From Malacoraja senta (lineage: Eukaryota), in assembly GCA_038087875.1 (NCBI GenBank), contig CM075987.1, forward strand, positions 25,360,001-25,424,000: a stretch of 64,000 nucleotides of DNA, written 5' to 3'. Positions 62,305 to 64,000 of this stretch are shown here, in pieces (positions within the stretch are counted from its first letter, which is position 1; the number at the start of each line of letters is the position of its first letter). The translations under genes were made by a program, and so were the position numbers. Under the pieces are notes generated by a model. The model saw only the letters and a list, made by a program, of their open reading frames with translations, was not told the DNA's origin and made no database searches.

Positions 62305-62611
62305 TGGCACGGTGGCGCAGCGGCAGAGACCTAGGTTCGATCCTGACTCCGTGTGCTGTCTGTGCGGAGTTTGCACGTTGTGTGGGCTTTCTCCGGGTGC
62401 TCCAGTTTCCTCCCACTTTCCAAAGACGTGCAAAGAAGTAGGTCAAGTGGCTTCTGTAAATTGTCCCTCGAGTATAGGATGGTGCTAGTGCACATGGAGT
62501 GATCGCTGGTCGGCGCGGACTCGGTAGGCTGAAGGGCCTGTTGCCACGCTGTAACATTAAACTAAACTAAGCTAAACTGGATTAAATTAAACTAAACTAA
62601 AAAAAAACTAA
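62305..62611 (+). mobile_element. tRNA-derived V-SINE
   Basis: A box TGGCGCAGCGG, B box GGTTCGATCC and extended (CTAAA)n tail. Confidence 0.85.
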
Positions 62612-64000
62612 GATGGAGTTGGACTTTGGACAGCCAGGTTTCTGATGGGGAATGTTTACCTTCCTTGAACTTGGCTGCAGGGAGATACAAGGATGGACAC
62701 AAGTGCTGGAGCCACTCGGCGGATCAGGCAGCATCTCTGGAGAAATGGAATAGGTGACGTTTCGGGTCGAGACCCTGCTTCAGACTGTTTCAGATACACC
62801 TCTGTGGTTTTTTAAAATCTGTTTCAAGCGTGTGTACACTGGCAAACTTTCTCATCGGTTGTTACTGATGTTGGGGTCTCACGATCGACCCGCACGCAGT
62901 AGATGAGCATGAGGAGGGAAAAGGGGAAGTCAGTGTGGACCCGGCGTGGAGGGGAGGACTCAATGGGTCTAACACTCAAATTGAATGTTGCAACGTGTCC
63001 TTAAAAACTCTGGTCTTGTACAACTGACAACGCAGCATCTACCAGGCTCATGCTGGACAGGATCTATTATTCTGTTCATGTACAATTCGTAACAGTTGGA
63101 TCCCCCCCAGCTTTCTTATCTAGTTACCAACCAGCACTTGACAGTAAATAAATTAATATGGGAGACCAAGAGCCCCAGAACCATTTTCAATATTTCAATA
63201 GAAGCAAATAACAGCAGCAATACTCTGGTGAAAATCAAACACAGTTATTTTAAGATTTAACAGCAGTTTCAGTGTTCACCAAAATAAATTACTATCGAAT
63301 AAATGCATTATGCTTTTCCCCCCCAAAATGCCGTGTTGTAGGTAAAGCAATCATTTATATATTTTTTCCTCTCAGACATATCCGTTATTCATAATAATAT
63401 TGAATACAGTTTAAACATATTTTGACATTTACAGCAAAAGGCAGATCGTTCAATGGGCTTACGATTCGCATTATTTCAGAAGGACAATCATTTTCTTTCA
63501 CTTGCATTCCATGCAAAGCATTTAAGCAGTAATTAGACAGGTACATGGACAGGACAGGTTTAGAGGGATATGGGCCAAATGCAGGTAGGTGGACCTAGTG
63601 TAGATGGGGTATGTTGGTCGGTGTGGGCATGTTGGGCCGTAGAGCCTGTTTCCACACTGTATGAGTCTATGTCTCAATGACTAATGCCAATTTTTACGTG
63701 TGTTCCATATCTCACCACTCAGTGGTAGCAGGGTGTTAGATCTTTCCTCGTTGAGGCTTTCCAGTAGATGTACTAAGCTTCCATGTGTCCCTCTGCATGT
63801 TCTTGGGACCTTGAAGTCTGCCGCTGAGCAACGTTTGGTTGCAGGTACCTCCTTGCACTGGAACACCAGCAAGCTTGGGTGAGATCAAAGTGTGTCTTTC
63901 ATAGAGTTGCCAATGTTCCAGGGGATGTTTCTCTCAGTATGCCTCCCTGGGAAAGTTAAGGTCCCCGAGATTCTGCAATGTATATGGCTACGGGTGCTGT

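Overview
Eukaryotic, repeat-saturated non-coding DNA. The repeat set (HE1-type tRNA/V-domain SINEs, HER1/CR1 LINE 3' fragments, Penelope-like elements) points to a cartilaginous fish, probably a skate or ray (inference). No host protein-coding gene can be supported. Every recognisable ORF is a transposon fragment. The window contains about 20 tRNA-SINEs, more than 15 CR1 fragments, and Penelope RT/GIY-YIG remnants with many hammerhead-like terminal fold-backs. It also holds 11 MITE insertions sharing a 14-bp PIF/Harbinger-type terminus (TWA target), an 8-bp-TSD hAT-like MITE, a 1-kb TIR element, a solo LTR, and RTE, Rex1/Babar, L2 and L2/CR1-group LINE fragments. A gag-less DIRS element has decayed ORFs but perfectly matched termini/ICR. 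There is one 200-N gap. The most notable observation is a ~140-bp TSD-flanked retroposon present twice (35146-35285 and 6574-7367). Its first 54 nt fold into a complete minimal HDV/CPEB3-like ribozyme whose predicted cleavage site is exactly the element's 5' end, and it ends in the same (GAA)n tail as the local RTE LINE. All alignments and folds were done by eye. Boundaries without a stated TSD are approximate.
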